A stretch of 64,000 nucleotides of DNA from Eledone cirrhosa (GCA_964016885.1 OZ024742.1:64852001-64916000), one strand, 5' to 3'; positions 26,666 through 40,343 are shown, counted from the stretch's first letter. Made by a program: numbers and translations. The notes: generated from the letters alone by a model not told the origin.

Positions 26666-26894
26666 GTGAGGTTTTTTTTACAAAATGAAAAAAAAACAAG
26701 ATGTGCTACACGAGTGAAAGTATAAAGAAAAAAGATGATATCGAAAATGCAACTGGAGTCTTTTTTTTTTTAAATATATTTATTTAGTTCCTTTACCGGT
26801 TTCGCAGTTCTTGTGCTTTTCAAAAGTAGAATTGAGATGGAGGGTTTGTGGTTTTTCTCACTTCTGTATATATATGTATATATGTATGTATATA

Positions 26895-26939
<45 letters not shown>

Positions 26940-27049
26940 ATGTGTGTGTCTGTGTGTGTATATGTATGTGTATATATGTATGTATATACATATATATGTG
27001 TGTATGTGTATATATGTATGTATATATATATATATGTATATATGTATGC

Positions 27050-27083
<34 letters not shown>

Positions 27084-27127
27084 GTATATATATATGTATA
27101 TATATATGTATATATGTATATATATAT

Positions 27128-27560
27128 ATCATCATCATCATCATCATCACCGTTTTACGTCCGTTCTTCCACGCTAGCATGGGTTAGACGGGTTGTCCTG
27201 TTGTGGGCAGTGTCTGGTCGACTGACCATGCCTTGCTCATACAGGAACTGATCTGGCTTGATTTCTACAGCTGGATGCCCTTCCTAACACCAACCTCATT
27301 TACAGTGAGTGCTGGGTGCTTTTTCGTGGCGCCTACACGTCCACTTTACAGTGTGGGCTGGGTGCTTTTTTGCCGTGGCACCTCCACGACCACCTTGCGG
27401 TGGGGGGGGGGGGGGCATATTGTTTATATGCTTCAGCATGTACCCATGGGAGGTCGGGTACCCTGTATTACTGCGTGACGCCAGAAGTCACGGTCGTGTG
27501 TCATTGACTTTGAGAGGTGTAGTTGGGTAAGGTCGGCTTTTATCACCTCATCCCAAGTCA
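27128..27560 (-). mobile_element. RTE LINE 3' end (ORF terminus + 3' UTR + (GAT)n tail)
   Basis: [10 protein letters not shown]...DRDFWRHAV; aligns to 62470-62968. Confidence 0.8.
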
Positions 27561-29682
<2,122 letters not shown>

Positions 29683-29795
29683 GGAGGTGAGTTTTATTGT
29701 AGTACAATAAAGCAATGCAGATATCGGATAAGAAGATATGTTGATTTAAAACTGCACTATCCACAAGTCTTTTTAACCTTCATATCATGTCCTCA

Positions 29796-29866
29796 TATTT
29801 TATCTGATGAAAACACAAATGTTATTGTATGATGATATTTGTTTTTGAAATGCGCATAATAAAATA
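29796..29866 (+). ncRNA. Minimal type I hammerhead ribozyme
   Basis: Stem I TATTTTAT/ATAAAATA; CTGATGA 29804-29810; long AU-rich stem II; GAAA 29847-29850; palindromic stem III ATGCGCAT; AUA cleavage triplet. Confidence 0.75.
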
Positions 29867-29909
29867 CATGGAACTCATTTAACCATCTTTTGATCTTATA
29901 TATTATATG

Positions 29910-29940
<31 letters not shown>

Positions 29941-30020
29941 CTATATGTATATATATATATATAGAGAGATATAGATAGGTAAATATACACGGGTGTGTAT
30001 GATTGTGTATAGAAGATTAT

Positions 30021-30399
30021 ATTAATAAGAGGAATTCCAACTTTGTCTGATTTACTCGTTTTATTTACAATCCTTTAAAATATATATAATGGTATTATAA
30101 TGAAATAGTATGATAGAATATTAAATTCTAAGTGTTAATTGAACAAGTACTTTCATGCTTTCGCAATCTTCAGGTTCATGATATATGGTGACAGTCGAGT
30201 TTGCAATTTTCAACTGAATTGCAAACTCGACTGTCACCACATATCATGAACCTGAAGATTGCGAAAGCATGAAAGTACTTGTTCAATTAACACTTAGAAT
30301 TTAATATTCTATCATACTATTTCATTATAATACCATTATATATATTTTAAAGGATTGTAAATAAAACGAGTAAATCAGACAAAGTTGGAATTCCTCTTA

Positions 30400-30404
<5 letters not shown>
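30021..30404. repeat. Near-perfect ~380-bp palindrome carrying two divergent hammerheads
   Basis: Arms symmetric about ~30212; only one arm mismatch noticed. Confidence 0.9.
30247..30285 (+). ncRNA. Minimal type I hammerhead ribozyme (mirror copy on - at 30140-30178)
   Basis: TGAAC-CTGAAGA-t-TGC gaaa GCA-t-GAAA-GTAC-TT-GTTCA. Confidence 0.7.
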
Positions 30405-30473
<69 letters not shown>

Positions 30474-30504
30474 CATGTATATATATATATATATATATGT
30501 ATGC

Positions 30505-30565
<61 letters not shown>

Positions 30566-30606
30566 TGTATGCATATATATGTATATATATATATATATAT
30601 GTATGC

Positions 30607-30716
<110 letters not shown>

Positions 30717-30871
30717 ACACATATATACCCTTGCAAGCAGGGAAACGCAGATGTTAAATGATGATGATGATGATATGTGACTCTGGGCCAATCCTCTGAA
30801 AAATGCACGTAACATTTTGATACACAATATATATGTAAATATGTATGTATATATATATGTCCACATGTATG

Positions 30872-30912
<41 letters not shown>

Positions 30913-31677
30913 TTATATATATCATGAATAAACATTGTTATCTCTGATGGGGAGGTGAGGTGAGAGTATATTTGAATTCTTAGAAAAACGAGAAAACTCA
31001 TAACTAGAACAGCCATTAGAACAGCCATTAAAACAGCCCAATGCTGTCAATGACTGTGATTGGGAGAAAATACCTCAGAGGACAGAGACCAGCAACAAGT
31101 GGTCAGCAGAGAGACAATCCATGAGGTGGGTGACAGGCAGTCTGGAATTAGCTGTCGAAACAGCAAGAACTCAGCCATCAAGCCCCAACATTTTCTAACA
31201 TATATATATATATGTATATATATATATATGTATATATATATTTTTTTTTTTCCCACACGCCACCTACATCCACAATACGTATAAACACCACACACATGTG
31301 CATACCACCACATATTTACACACTCAGCCTCCGGAATCCCCCCCACCCCCACCCACCCCACCCCACACACACCTTTTCCTGAACATGCAACCCCGTTCTT
31401 CCCCCAACTCTCACATTCACATACACGTACACCTACACACACACACCACCTTCAGCCCTCCCCGCTCGGACACCCCGCCTCCCTCTTCCCACTCTACCCG
31501 CCACCACCCCTACACGCCCCACACTCTTCCACCACTTGTTTAACTTCATGTTTATTTATATTTTTATTATGCTTTTATATTTATTTTCATTTGTACCGTT
31601 TCCTCTCACCTCCTTTTTTCTAAATGTCTCTCCCCCACTCCCCAACACACCCTTGGAACTCTCATCCCACACACTTT

Positions 31678-31712
31678 TCGCCTGAAGAAGGGCTTATGCC
31701 CGAAACGTCGTT
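31678..31712 (+). ncRNA. Penelope-type minimal hammerhead motif
   Basis: CTGAAGA-a-GGGC ttat GCCC-GAAA-CG-TC; AATAAA ~40 nt downstream; stem I only ~2 bp. Confidence 0.6.
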
Positions 31713-31796
31713 CCCCACCACCACCCCACTCTCAAGAGCGTGAAACTAATAAACCTTTGTTTGTACTGCCTCTTTGTTTTGTTCCCGTTCAATTTT

Positions 31797-31851
<55 letters not shown>

Positions 31852-31979
31852 GGCTTCTACAGGACTAGAACTGTTTCATTCAAAATAAATTAACATATTT
31901 ATATACATATATATGCTAGTGTGGAAAAATGGACGTTAAATGGTGATGATGAGGATGATTATATATATATGCATTTATA

Positions 31980-32043
<64 letters not shown>

Positions 32044-32262
32044 GCTATAAGGTTTCACTTTTGATTCCACCTTTGTACGTATTCTTCTACAGAATATGTA
32101 TTTGGTATATATATACAATATGCTGTGTTTCTCGTGCAATATATGACTCTTTCTCTCTCTATATATACATATATCTCTTTATTTGGTTATATATATATAT
32201 ATTTATATGTATATAACCAAATAAAGAGATATATGAATCTTTTCATATATATGTATATATAT

Positions 32263-32607
32263 GGAGGCACATGGCTTAGTGGTTAGAGCATTGGCCTTGC
32301 AATCAAAAGGTTGTGAGTTCAATTCTCAGACCGGGTGATGTGTTGTTTCCTTGAGCAAGACACTTTATTTCACATTGCTCCAGTTTACTCAGCTGTAGAA
32401 ATGAGATGATAGGGACTGGGGACCCTATCATTCCACTGCAAAGTGGTCGTGGAGGTGCCACGGCAAAAAAACACCCAGCACTCACTGTAAATGAGGTTGG
32501 TGTTAGGAAGGGCATCCAGCTGTAGAAATCAAGCCAGCATCAGTTCCCGTCCCACCCTTGCAAGCAGGGAAAAGTGGACGTAAAATGAAATGATGATGAT
32601 GATGATA
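32263..32607 (+). mobile_element. CORE-like SINE head joined to RTE-type 3' tail
   Basis: A box tggcttagtgg, B box gttcaattc, ccttgagcaagacacttt, then gttaggaagggcatccag...ggacgtaaaa(tga)n. Confidence 0.7.
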
Positions 32608-33210
32608 TATTAGTTATGTAATAAACAACATAAGATAATTATTTCATTTACCAGTGGTTTCTTGAAAGCACTGGAAAATGAAATAATTATCTTATGTTGT
32701 TTATTACATAACTAATAAGCTCTGTAGTCTACATAGAGCACTCTTTTTTCCTGTACCTTTCCAACGGAAATACTTCATTTATATATATATATATTTATAT
32801 ATAGGTGACCCTGAGCCAATCCTCTGCAAAATGTGCGTAACAGGTTCATACCTAATAAAAATCTAAATATATGTAAACAAAACTTCATCGTTTTTTTTAA
32901 AATATATGCTATCACCATTATCCTCATCATCACCGTTTAACATCCATGTTTCCACATTAGGATGGATTAGACGAGTTATGGCAGATCAGGTGACCATGCC
33001 TTGCTCATACAGAACTGATTTGGGCTTGGTTTCTACAACTAGATGCCCTTCTAGCACCAACCTTTTTATAGTGGGTGCTTTTTGTTGTGATGCTTACATG
33101 ACCACTTTACACTGTGGACTGGCTACTTTTTGCCATGACACTAACATGACCAATTTCCAGTGTAGGCTGGGCTCCTTTTGCTGTGTTGCCATCATGACCA
33201 CCTTACAGTG

Positions 33211-33333
<123 letters not shown>

Positions 33334-33334
33334 T

Positions 33335-33852
33335 GAGAGATTACATAGAAATGAAGCCAGTGTTGCAGCATATGTCGCCAATGGTAACAATCAGCAGTGG
33401 CTTTTTCACGTCGGTGCCAAGTGATGTTGGCTGCCATGAGGTCTTTTTGGAACGTTCGTCGCCAGGGATCCTGGGCAACCCCACCTCCATTTGCCACCAG
33501 GTGGAGTCCAGTTCATCGCTGTTTTCAAGTGTCGTTCATTGGGCAGGTGCAGAATATGGCCAGCCAGGTGGCGCTGGTGCTCCGCAATCCACGATTCGGC
33601 TCTCCGCAGGATTTCCTCATTTCGCATTCGGTCGCGCAGGACACACGAAGGATCATTTGCAGGCACCGCGGGTGGAAAGCATTCAGCTGTCTCTCTCTCT
33701 TTACCATGATCTTCCAGGGTTCGCTCACGTAAAGCACTGTCGGCAGCACAATGGTCTTGTACAGGTGCAGCTTGATCCTGGTGCTGATGCATGAAGACGA
33801 CCAGACTAGGTGTAACTGCTGGAAAACTGCAGATCCTTTGCCGATCTGACAG
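33335..33852 (-). mobile_element. RTE-group LINE 3' fragment
   Basis: IGKGSAVFQQLH..W...ISTRIKLHLYKTIVLPTVLY; W.GHIL..PNER..KTAMNWTPPGGK. Confidence 0.75.
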
Positions 33853-34139
33853 TTATTATATCTATATGTGTATATATCTATATGTGTGGGTGTATATGTG
33901 TGAATGTGTGTCATCATTGATATTGATTTTATATATACAAAGAACGTTACAATTTGCGACTTTGTTAGAATATATTATTATTATGTATATACCACATAGC
34001 TGGCCTTGAGCCAAAAGTAAAAACAATTATGTATATACCACATAATCAGCAAGTTCCATGAATTGAGTTCCTTTTTTTCGAATTATAAATTTACTAGTCT
34101 TTTGATTAGATGATTCAAAATTACACACACACACATACA

Positions 34140-34395
34140 TTTTGATTTCCATGTGTCTAACACACGTGGACATGCACACAAAGTCAGAAAACAGCACAGT
34201 TCCCATGACTTTCGGAAACATTTGTTCATGCTCAGATTTGCTGAAGCATGGAACAAACTACCTGCATCAGGTGTTAGCTGTTGAGACACTGCATCCTTTA
34301 AAACTTCCATGCTTCCCGAGATTCGCCAACACTACACCTAATGTTCTCCCTCCATACACATACACACATGTATATCATAATAATTTCATTATTAT
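34140..34395 (+). mobile_element. CR1-like LINE short 3' fragment
   Basis: Aligns to 23750-24096. Confidence 0.8.
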
Positions 34396-34434
34396 TATAC
34401 ACTATATATATATATTTACATATGTATATATCAT

Positions 34435-34477
<43 letters not shown>

Positions 34478-34480
34478 AAT

Positions 34481-34745
34481 GTGGAGGCACGTGCCTAGTG
34501 GTAAGGCTGTTAGACTAATGATCATAACATTGTGGGTTCGATTCCTGTGTTATGTTCTTGAGCAAAACACTTCATTTCATGTTGCTCCAGTATACTTAGC
34601 TGTAAATGAGTACCAGCAATAGCAGGAAGTTTAACTCTGCAATAGACTGGCATCCTGTCAAGTGGGGAGTCTTGTACTCTCAGTCGCTTCAAGCCATGAA
34701 ACCAGGATAAGCATCGGCCAAATGAGCCTTCTGGCTTGAGATATT
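34481..34745 (+). mobile_element. tRNA-derived CORE-like SINE
   Basis: A box, B box ggttcgattcc, matches 4790-5056. Confidence 0.75.
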
Positions 34746-35465
34746 TAGATATTTATCATCATCATCATCATCATTTTACGTCCACTTTTCCCTGCTTACA
34801 AGGGTGGGACGGGTCCTATTCAGCACAGCATCTCTCCACTTGTCATGGTCCTTTGTCATCTCCTCTGTGAGCTTATACACACACACACATATATACATAT
34901 ATTCATATATATATATATATATGTGTGTGTGTATGTATATATATACACACACACACATATATATGTGTGTGTGGGTATGTATATATATACACACATATAT
35001 ATATATGTGTGTGTGTGTATGTATATATATACACACACACACACTTATAAGTATGTAAGTACATATATATATATTAATCGGGGCATATTGTATATATTTT
35101 CATATAAACATTGATGATAAACATTATATGAATCATAATAGGTCTGACTATGAAAATACATACAATATGTTTATTTACATAAACATTTTGTATATGTGTC
35201 CATATATGGCCCAAAGATCTACAGTGGTTAATTATCTGTTGTGGAGCTAACTTATATATCATCATCATCATCGTCATCACCGTCTTACGTCCGTTCTTCC
35301 ACGCTAGCATGGGTTAGACGGGTTGTCCTGTTGTGGGCAGTGTCTGGTCGGCTGACCTTGTCTTGCTCATACGGGAACTGATTCTGAACTTAATGGTATA
35401 GGCCCAATAGGCTTATACCATTAAGTTCACTTTAAGATATGTCACTATCTTAACACCAATTATTA

Positions 35466-35526
35466 TATTTTATCTGACGAAAGCGTACTTAAATATTAGT
35501 ACCCTTGAAATACGTATAATAAAATA
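35466..35526 (+). ncRNA. Minimal type I hammerhead ribozyme
   Basis: Stem I TATTTTAT/ATAAAATA; CTGACGA 35474-35480; stem II AAG-c-GTACT...AGTAC-c-CTT; GAAA 35507-35510; stem III ATACGTAT; AUA triplet. Confidence 0.8.
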
Positions 35527-35665
35527 AATATGGTTTTGTAAAGATATTTTCTATTTATTAATTAATGATAGTCCAGATAAAATTGTAGAGTGCTTCTAAT
35601 CTGTTGTAAAATTAACTGTGTTGAATAATCAACAAACCATATAACTCATTGTTTATATATATATA

Positions 35666-36880
35666 CTAGCCGAATTACCTGCGCCTTTTTTTTTGTAAGA
35701 AAATGATGATTGATTTTAAATCAGTGATATAATTTATGGAGAAAAACTCTCCATTTCAATATTACTCAATGTAAAATGTAATGCATGAAAAATTGGAAAA
35801 CATTATTTTTTGTAATATATCAAATCAAAATTACATTATTAAATCTTATTCTTGGCCAGTGGATTGGCAGTATCGGTAGAGGGTCGGACGCCATGCTTTG
35901 ACGCATAGAGTTACGGCCCTTGCCATTCTGAGTTCAAATCCCGCCGAGGTTAACTTTGCCTTTCATCCTTATGGGGTCGATAAAATAAAGTACCAGTAAT
36001 ACACTGGGTAATTGCTGGCCTTGTGCCAAAAGTAGAAACAATTATTAAATCTTATTCTTAGTTTGTTTCTTATAAATAATTTTTTTCAAAATATCAATTC
36101 AAAACTTGATCATTTCATTTTTGTGTAAAACATTACTTTCAAATTAGAAATTGAAAGTTTAATTATTTATTTAAAAAAATAATAAATACATGAAAATATA
36201 TTTCATACTTTGTCCTAATGAAGAACTTCAGGGTAAACAAGATTTCTTGTCTTTCTTTGATTGGCTAAAATGTAGAGATTTTTTGAAGTTCCAGTCCTTG
36301 AAACAGCCACATAAAACATGCCATCACTGAAACATGGGTTTGGCAGATCTATACCAATAGTTTTGAAAGTTTGGCCTTGACTCTTATTAATGCTCATGTC
36401 AAAGCATGGCCTCACTGGGAACTGCAGCCTCTTAAATGTAAAAGGCAGCTTGCTATCACTTGGTATAAGTGGAATCCTCGGAATGAGAAGAGCTTGACCT
36501 TTGTAAGCCCCGAATATAATGGTTGCTTCAATCAAGTTCTCATGCAATCTTGTTCCATTTATTGGCCAACATTTTCACTATAGGGGGTTTAACCCCCATT
36601 AGGGTGTCTTAATATTATTGAAATTTGCTCAGATTTTGTGAATAGGCATATCTTGTCATTTATCTATGGTTTAAATTTCATATAAATCAAAAGGAAAACA
36701 TTTTCAGCGGGGTTTGTGCTCCCGGGGAACCCTTTGATTAAAATGAAATATACTTATCCAAGTATCCTGGGCAATGTAGTTTCAGAATATATATGGTTAT
36801 AGGGGTCTATCTCCAAAACCATAGGAGGAGTTCATGAACAAACAAACAAACAGGAACTACAACTTTATATATATATATTT
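35666..36880 (-). mobile_element. Internally deleted Helitron with PIF1-helicase C-terminal remnant
   Basis: ORF 36215-36547 (IPRIPL..FKRLQFPVR..SINKSQGQT..FS.G..YVAVSR..VYPEVL); 3' CTAG followed by T at 35666; (GTTT)n near the 5' end. Confidence 0.8.
35854..36040 (+). mobile_element. Young tRNA-derived SINE (Nin/Deu-like domain) with 19-bp TSD
   Basis: TSD attattaaatcttattctt at 35835-35853 and 36041-36059; B box gagttcaaatccc; gcctttcatcctt..ggggtcgataaaataaagtacc. Confidence 0.85.
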
Positions 36881-36930
36881 CTATCTATATCTATATCTAT
36901 ATAAAAACAAAACAACAAAACAAAAACAAA

Positions 36931-37620
36931 TGGAGAATAGAGGGAAGGTGTTCCCTCAAAAACCAGTATGACTCTAAAAACCGGTTTGTCTGTGTGTTTA
37001 CATACAGAATAGCTGGGTGCTCGCAGTAAAGCAACCAGTGAAAGACTTGTTACATATACATATGTATACGTGTGTGTATTCATATACACACTAGTATTTC
37101 AGTATGCATATGTAGATGTAATTTTTTAAACTTAATTGTTTAAGCGTCAGTCATACAAAAGTGAGTTACAAACGAAACGAAATTTAATTTCGTTTCGTCA
37201 TTTGTTTTTATCGTCTCCGCTGAACCGGTGCGTACTCACACTCTATGCAAATTAGTCTGCCCACTACTAATTTTCATAGAAAAAGCATATAACGATATGT
37301 GCTTTTACAATTCTCCAGAAAGGCCGGTAGATAGGTAAATATTGCTGATGAGTTGTAACAACAACGAAACTAGTTCAATATTCCTTGTCTGGCTTTCTGG
37401 AGAATAGAGGGAAGGTGTTCCCTCAAAAACCAGTATGACTCTAAAAACCGGTTTGTCTGTGTGTTTACATACAGAATAGCTGGGTGCTCACAGTAAAGCA
37501 ACCAGTGAAAGACTTGTTACATATACATATGTATACGTGTGTGTATTCATATACACACTAGTATTTCAGTATGCATATGTAGATGTAATTTTTTTAACTT
37601 AATTTTTTTTAACTTAATTG
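36931..37620 (+). mobile_element. Candidate retrozyme: 467-nt unit, ~1.45 tandem copies, one hammerhead
   Basis: 36931-37137 recurs at 37398-~37605; non-coding; many hairpins; hammerhead at 37338-37382. Confidence 0.7.
37338..37382 (+). ncRNA. Type I hammerhead ribozyme with canonical core
   Basis: AATATTG-CTGATGA-GTTG taacaa CAAC-GAAA-CTAG-TT-CAATATT; stem I extendable to 37311/37404. Confidence 0.85.
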
Positions 37621-38284
37621 TCTATATCTATATAGATATATATATATTTATATATATCTATATCTATATAGATATATATAGATATTTATATATATAATTA
37701 ATAGTTGTTTCTACATTTGGCACAAGGCCAGCAATTATCCCAGTGCATTACCGGTACTTTATCTTATCGACCCCGTGAGGGCCATGGGGTCAGAGTTCTC
37801 AAGCACACCTTCCAGTTGGTCCTGTCAGAAGCAACTGTCTCCAGTTAATCCAACTAGATTTCCAAGTGAGACCAGCCAAGCTTATGGATGTTAACCTACA
37901 TTCTTACTTGGTGTTTACTCCTCAGTCACCTAGCCAGTATTCGAGAGATACGGAGTTCGATTCTTGTAGCAGCCACAGACAACATTTTTCTATCTCTAAA
38001 TGTCTTTATCCAATTTCTATAAGCTATTTTATACCAACTCACTGTAATTGCAGTTATTTTCCAAAGCAAATGACGCAGTACAATGAAGAAATATATTAGT
38101 TTAACACTTGATATAGTAGGAAAAACATCTTTGAATTTTGGACATTGTTTTCCAGGCACAGGCTCAAGCATACATCTAGTGAAGACTCCAGCCCATGCTA
38201 GCGTGGAAAAATGAACATTAAACGGTGGTGCTGATGATGATGATGATGATATATATATATATATTTTTTTTTTTAGGGCGGGTA

Positions 38285-38520
38285 AAATTCCTGAGATCCA
38301 TGGACGAGTTCTCTCCAGCGGTCTCTGTCCCTCATTATTGCTGCCATGTCCTGCGTCTCCAAGAGACCAGTGTCTGTCCTTAGCTCAAAAGTGACACAGA
38401 GGAGACTGAGGTTAGCTCGGCATGCTCACCGCCATCCAGAGTTGACATTGCACTCAGTGCTCCTGTGGGAGCTCCTACATGGACACACTGGAAGAGGAAG
38501 ACCAAGGTTAACGTATGTTG

Positions 38521-38522
<2 letters not shown>
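38285..38522. mobile_element. RTE-X-like LINE 3' fragment, partly inverted
   Basis: Plus: RRLRLARHAHRHPEL..VLLWE..HG..GRGRPRLTYVD. Minus 38290-38362: MRDRDRWRELV. Confidence 0.6.
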
Positions 38523-38551
<29 letters not shown>

Positions 38552-39130
38552 CCCGAGAAAATATCTATGTGTGTCATCAAGCGATGCGCACATATGGTTA
38601 TTTTTTTCAAATCCAATTGAGTTCTAGCACATGGCTTGAATTCTTTTTAGAATTCATTGACCTGCGCATGTATTGTTTTTTGATGCTAATCTCCTTCCTC
38701 CTATTTTCGAGACAGTGTGAGATTTTCTTTAGAACTGCTGGACTAACAACCTAGCAGCTCCCTCAAGCACTGATGGTGATTATCGCTAAATATTGATGTT
38801 GATTTGGTTATCAATATTAATATTATTGGGCACCCACTTGAATAAGTATCTGTTGATCTTATATAAGCTTCTACATAAATCGGTATAATTTCACCCAACT
38901 TGTAGAAATCTTATAGTGAAACGAGACATCCGTCTGGGAAGAAATATATTTGATATATCTCATAATAAATGATACAGCCAATTTTCCACACAATACAATT
39001 AGTTAGCACCCTGAACGTTTAATTAGGAATATACTCAGGTATTTCCTAATGTTTGTTGAGTCAGTTGGAATTTGGCCGGAGTATCGCTATTAGCTTTCTC
39101 CGATTATGTGTTTATATATATATATATGTT

Positions 39131-39264
<134 letters not shown>

Positions 39265-39321
39265 CATATATAAATGAAGATCAACCTCATATGGATATAT
39301 ATATATATATGTGTGTGTGTG

Positions 39322-39356
<35 letters not shown>

Positions 39357-39357
<1 letters not shown>

Positions 39358-39700
39358 CTGCTGTTAGGAAGGGCATCCTGCTGTAGAAAGCTTGCCAAAC
39401 AAGGGGTTAAGAGGATTCCTCAGTTTGTGTCAAAAGACTCAACAACTCCTCTGCACCCAATAATGGCTGTATGTAAGCAGGATACAGACCTCTCCAGCCT
39501 GTCTACATAGACCAAGTCAGTACTAAAGTGGGGCCACTGACATCCTAGACAGTCTGGGGAAGTCAGTATCCCTCTTACATACAGCCATTATTGAGTACAG
39601 AGAAGTTGTTGTGTCTTTTGGCACAAACTGAAGCATCCTCCTAACCTCTTGTTTGGCAAGCTTTCTACAGCTGGCTCCCCTTCCTAACACTAGCATATAT
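39357..39700. repeat. Inverted pair of SINE/RTE-tail-like fragments
   Basis: tgttaggaaggg...ctgtcta at left mirrored by tagacag...cccttcctaaca at right. Confidence 0.75.
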
Positions 39701-39951
39701 ATACACACACATATCTGTATGTGGTTGATAGTTGAGAGAAAAGAGTGTTGAATATCGAAATAGAGTTGAAATATTCATTTTATTAAAGCAAAATAGTTAT
39801 TTAGCCTTAATATATATATTTTATTGGTGTGTAACTTTAGGTTACTATTGCTTCACCAATTTGAGCACTCGATGCCTAAGTAGGCCCAGTTGTTAATGTT
39901 GTATTGTGCATTTAGTGTTACACAATAGTCTGTATCCTTAATAAGTTTTAT

Positions 39952-40343
39952 AATTGTTTCTACTCTTGGCACAAGGCCAGCAATTATCCAGTACATTACT
40001 GGTACTTTATTTTATCGACCCCCGTAAGGATGAAAGGCAAAGTTAACCTCGGCGGGATTTGAACTCAGACCATAAAGGGCCATAACTATACTGGAAAGCA
40101 TGGCATCCAACTCTCTACCGATACTGCCAATCCACCGCCCTTTAGGCGCATGGTCAGTAATTTGAAGGGGAGGAGAAAGTCGATTAAATCAACCCCAGTG
40201 CGTTACTGGTGCTTTATTTTATCGACCCCGTAAGGATGAAAGGCAAAGTTAACCTCGGCGGGATTTAAACTCAGACCATAAAGGGCCATAACTCTATGCT
40301 GCAAAGCATGGCATCCGACCCTCTACCGATACTACCAATCCAA
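39952..40343 (-). mobile_element. Two tandem Nin/Deu-like SINE copies
   Basis: Reverse complement of 35854-36040 family, repeated twice. Confidence 0.8.

Noticed and set aside
37920-37975. tRNA gene (gttcgattc B box)
   Set aside because: No complete cloverleaf; likely a SINE head remnant. Other A/B boxes in the window also belong to SINEs.
38833-38938. Possible hammerhead (CTGTTGA or TTGAATA ... GAAACG...CGTC)
   Set aside because: Core is non-canonical and stem I does not pair in register
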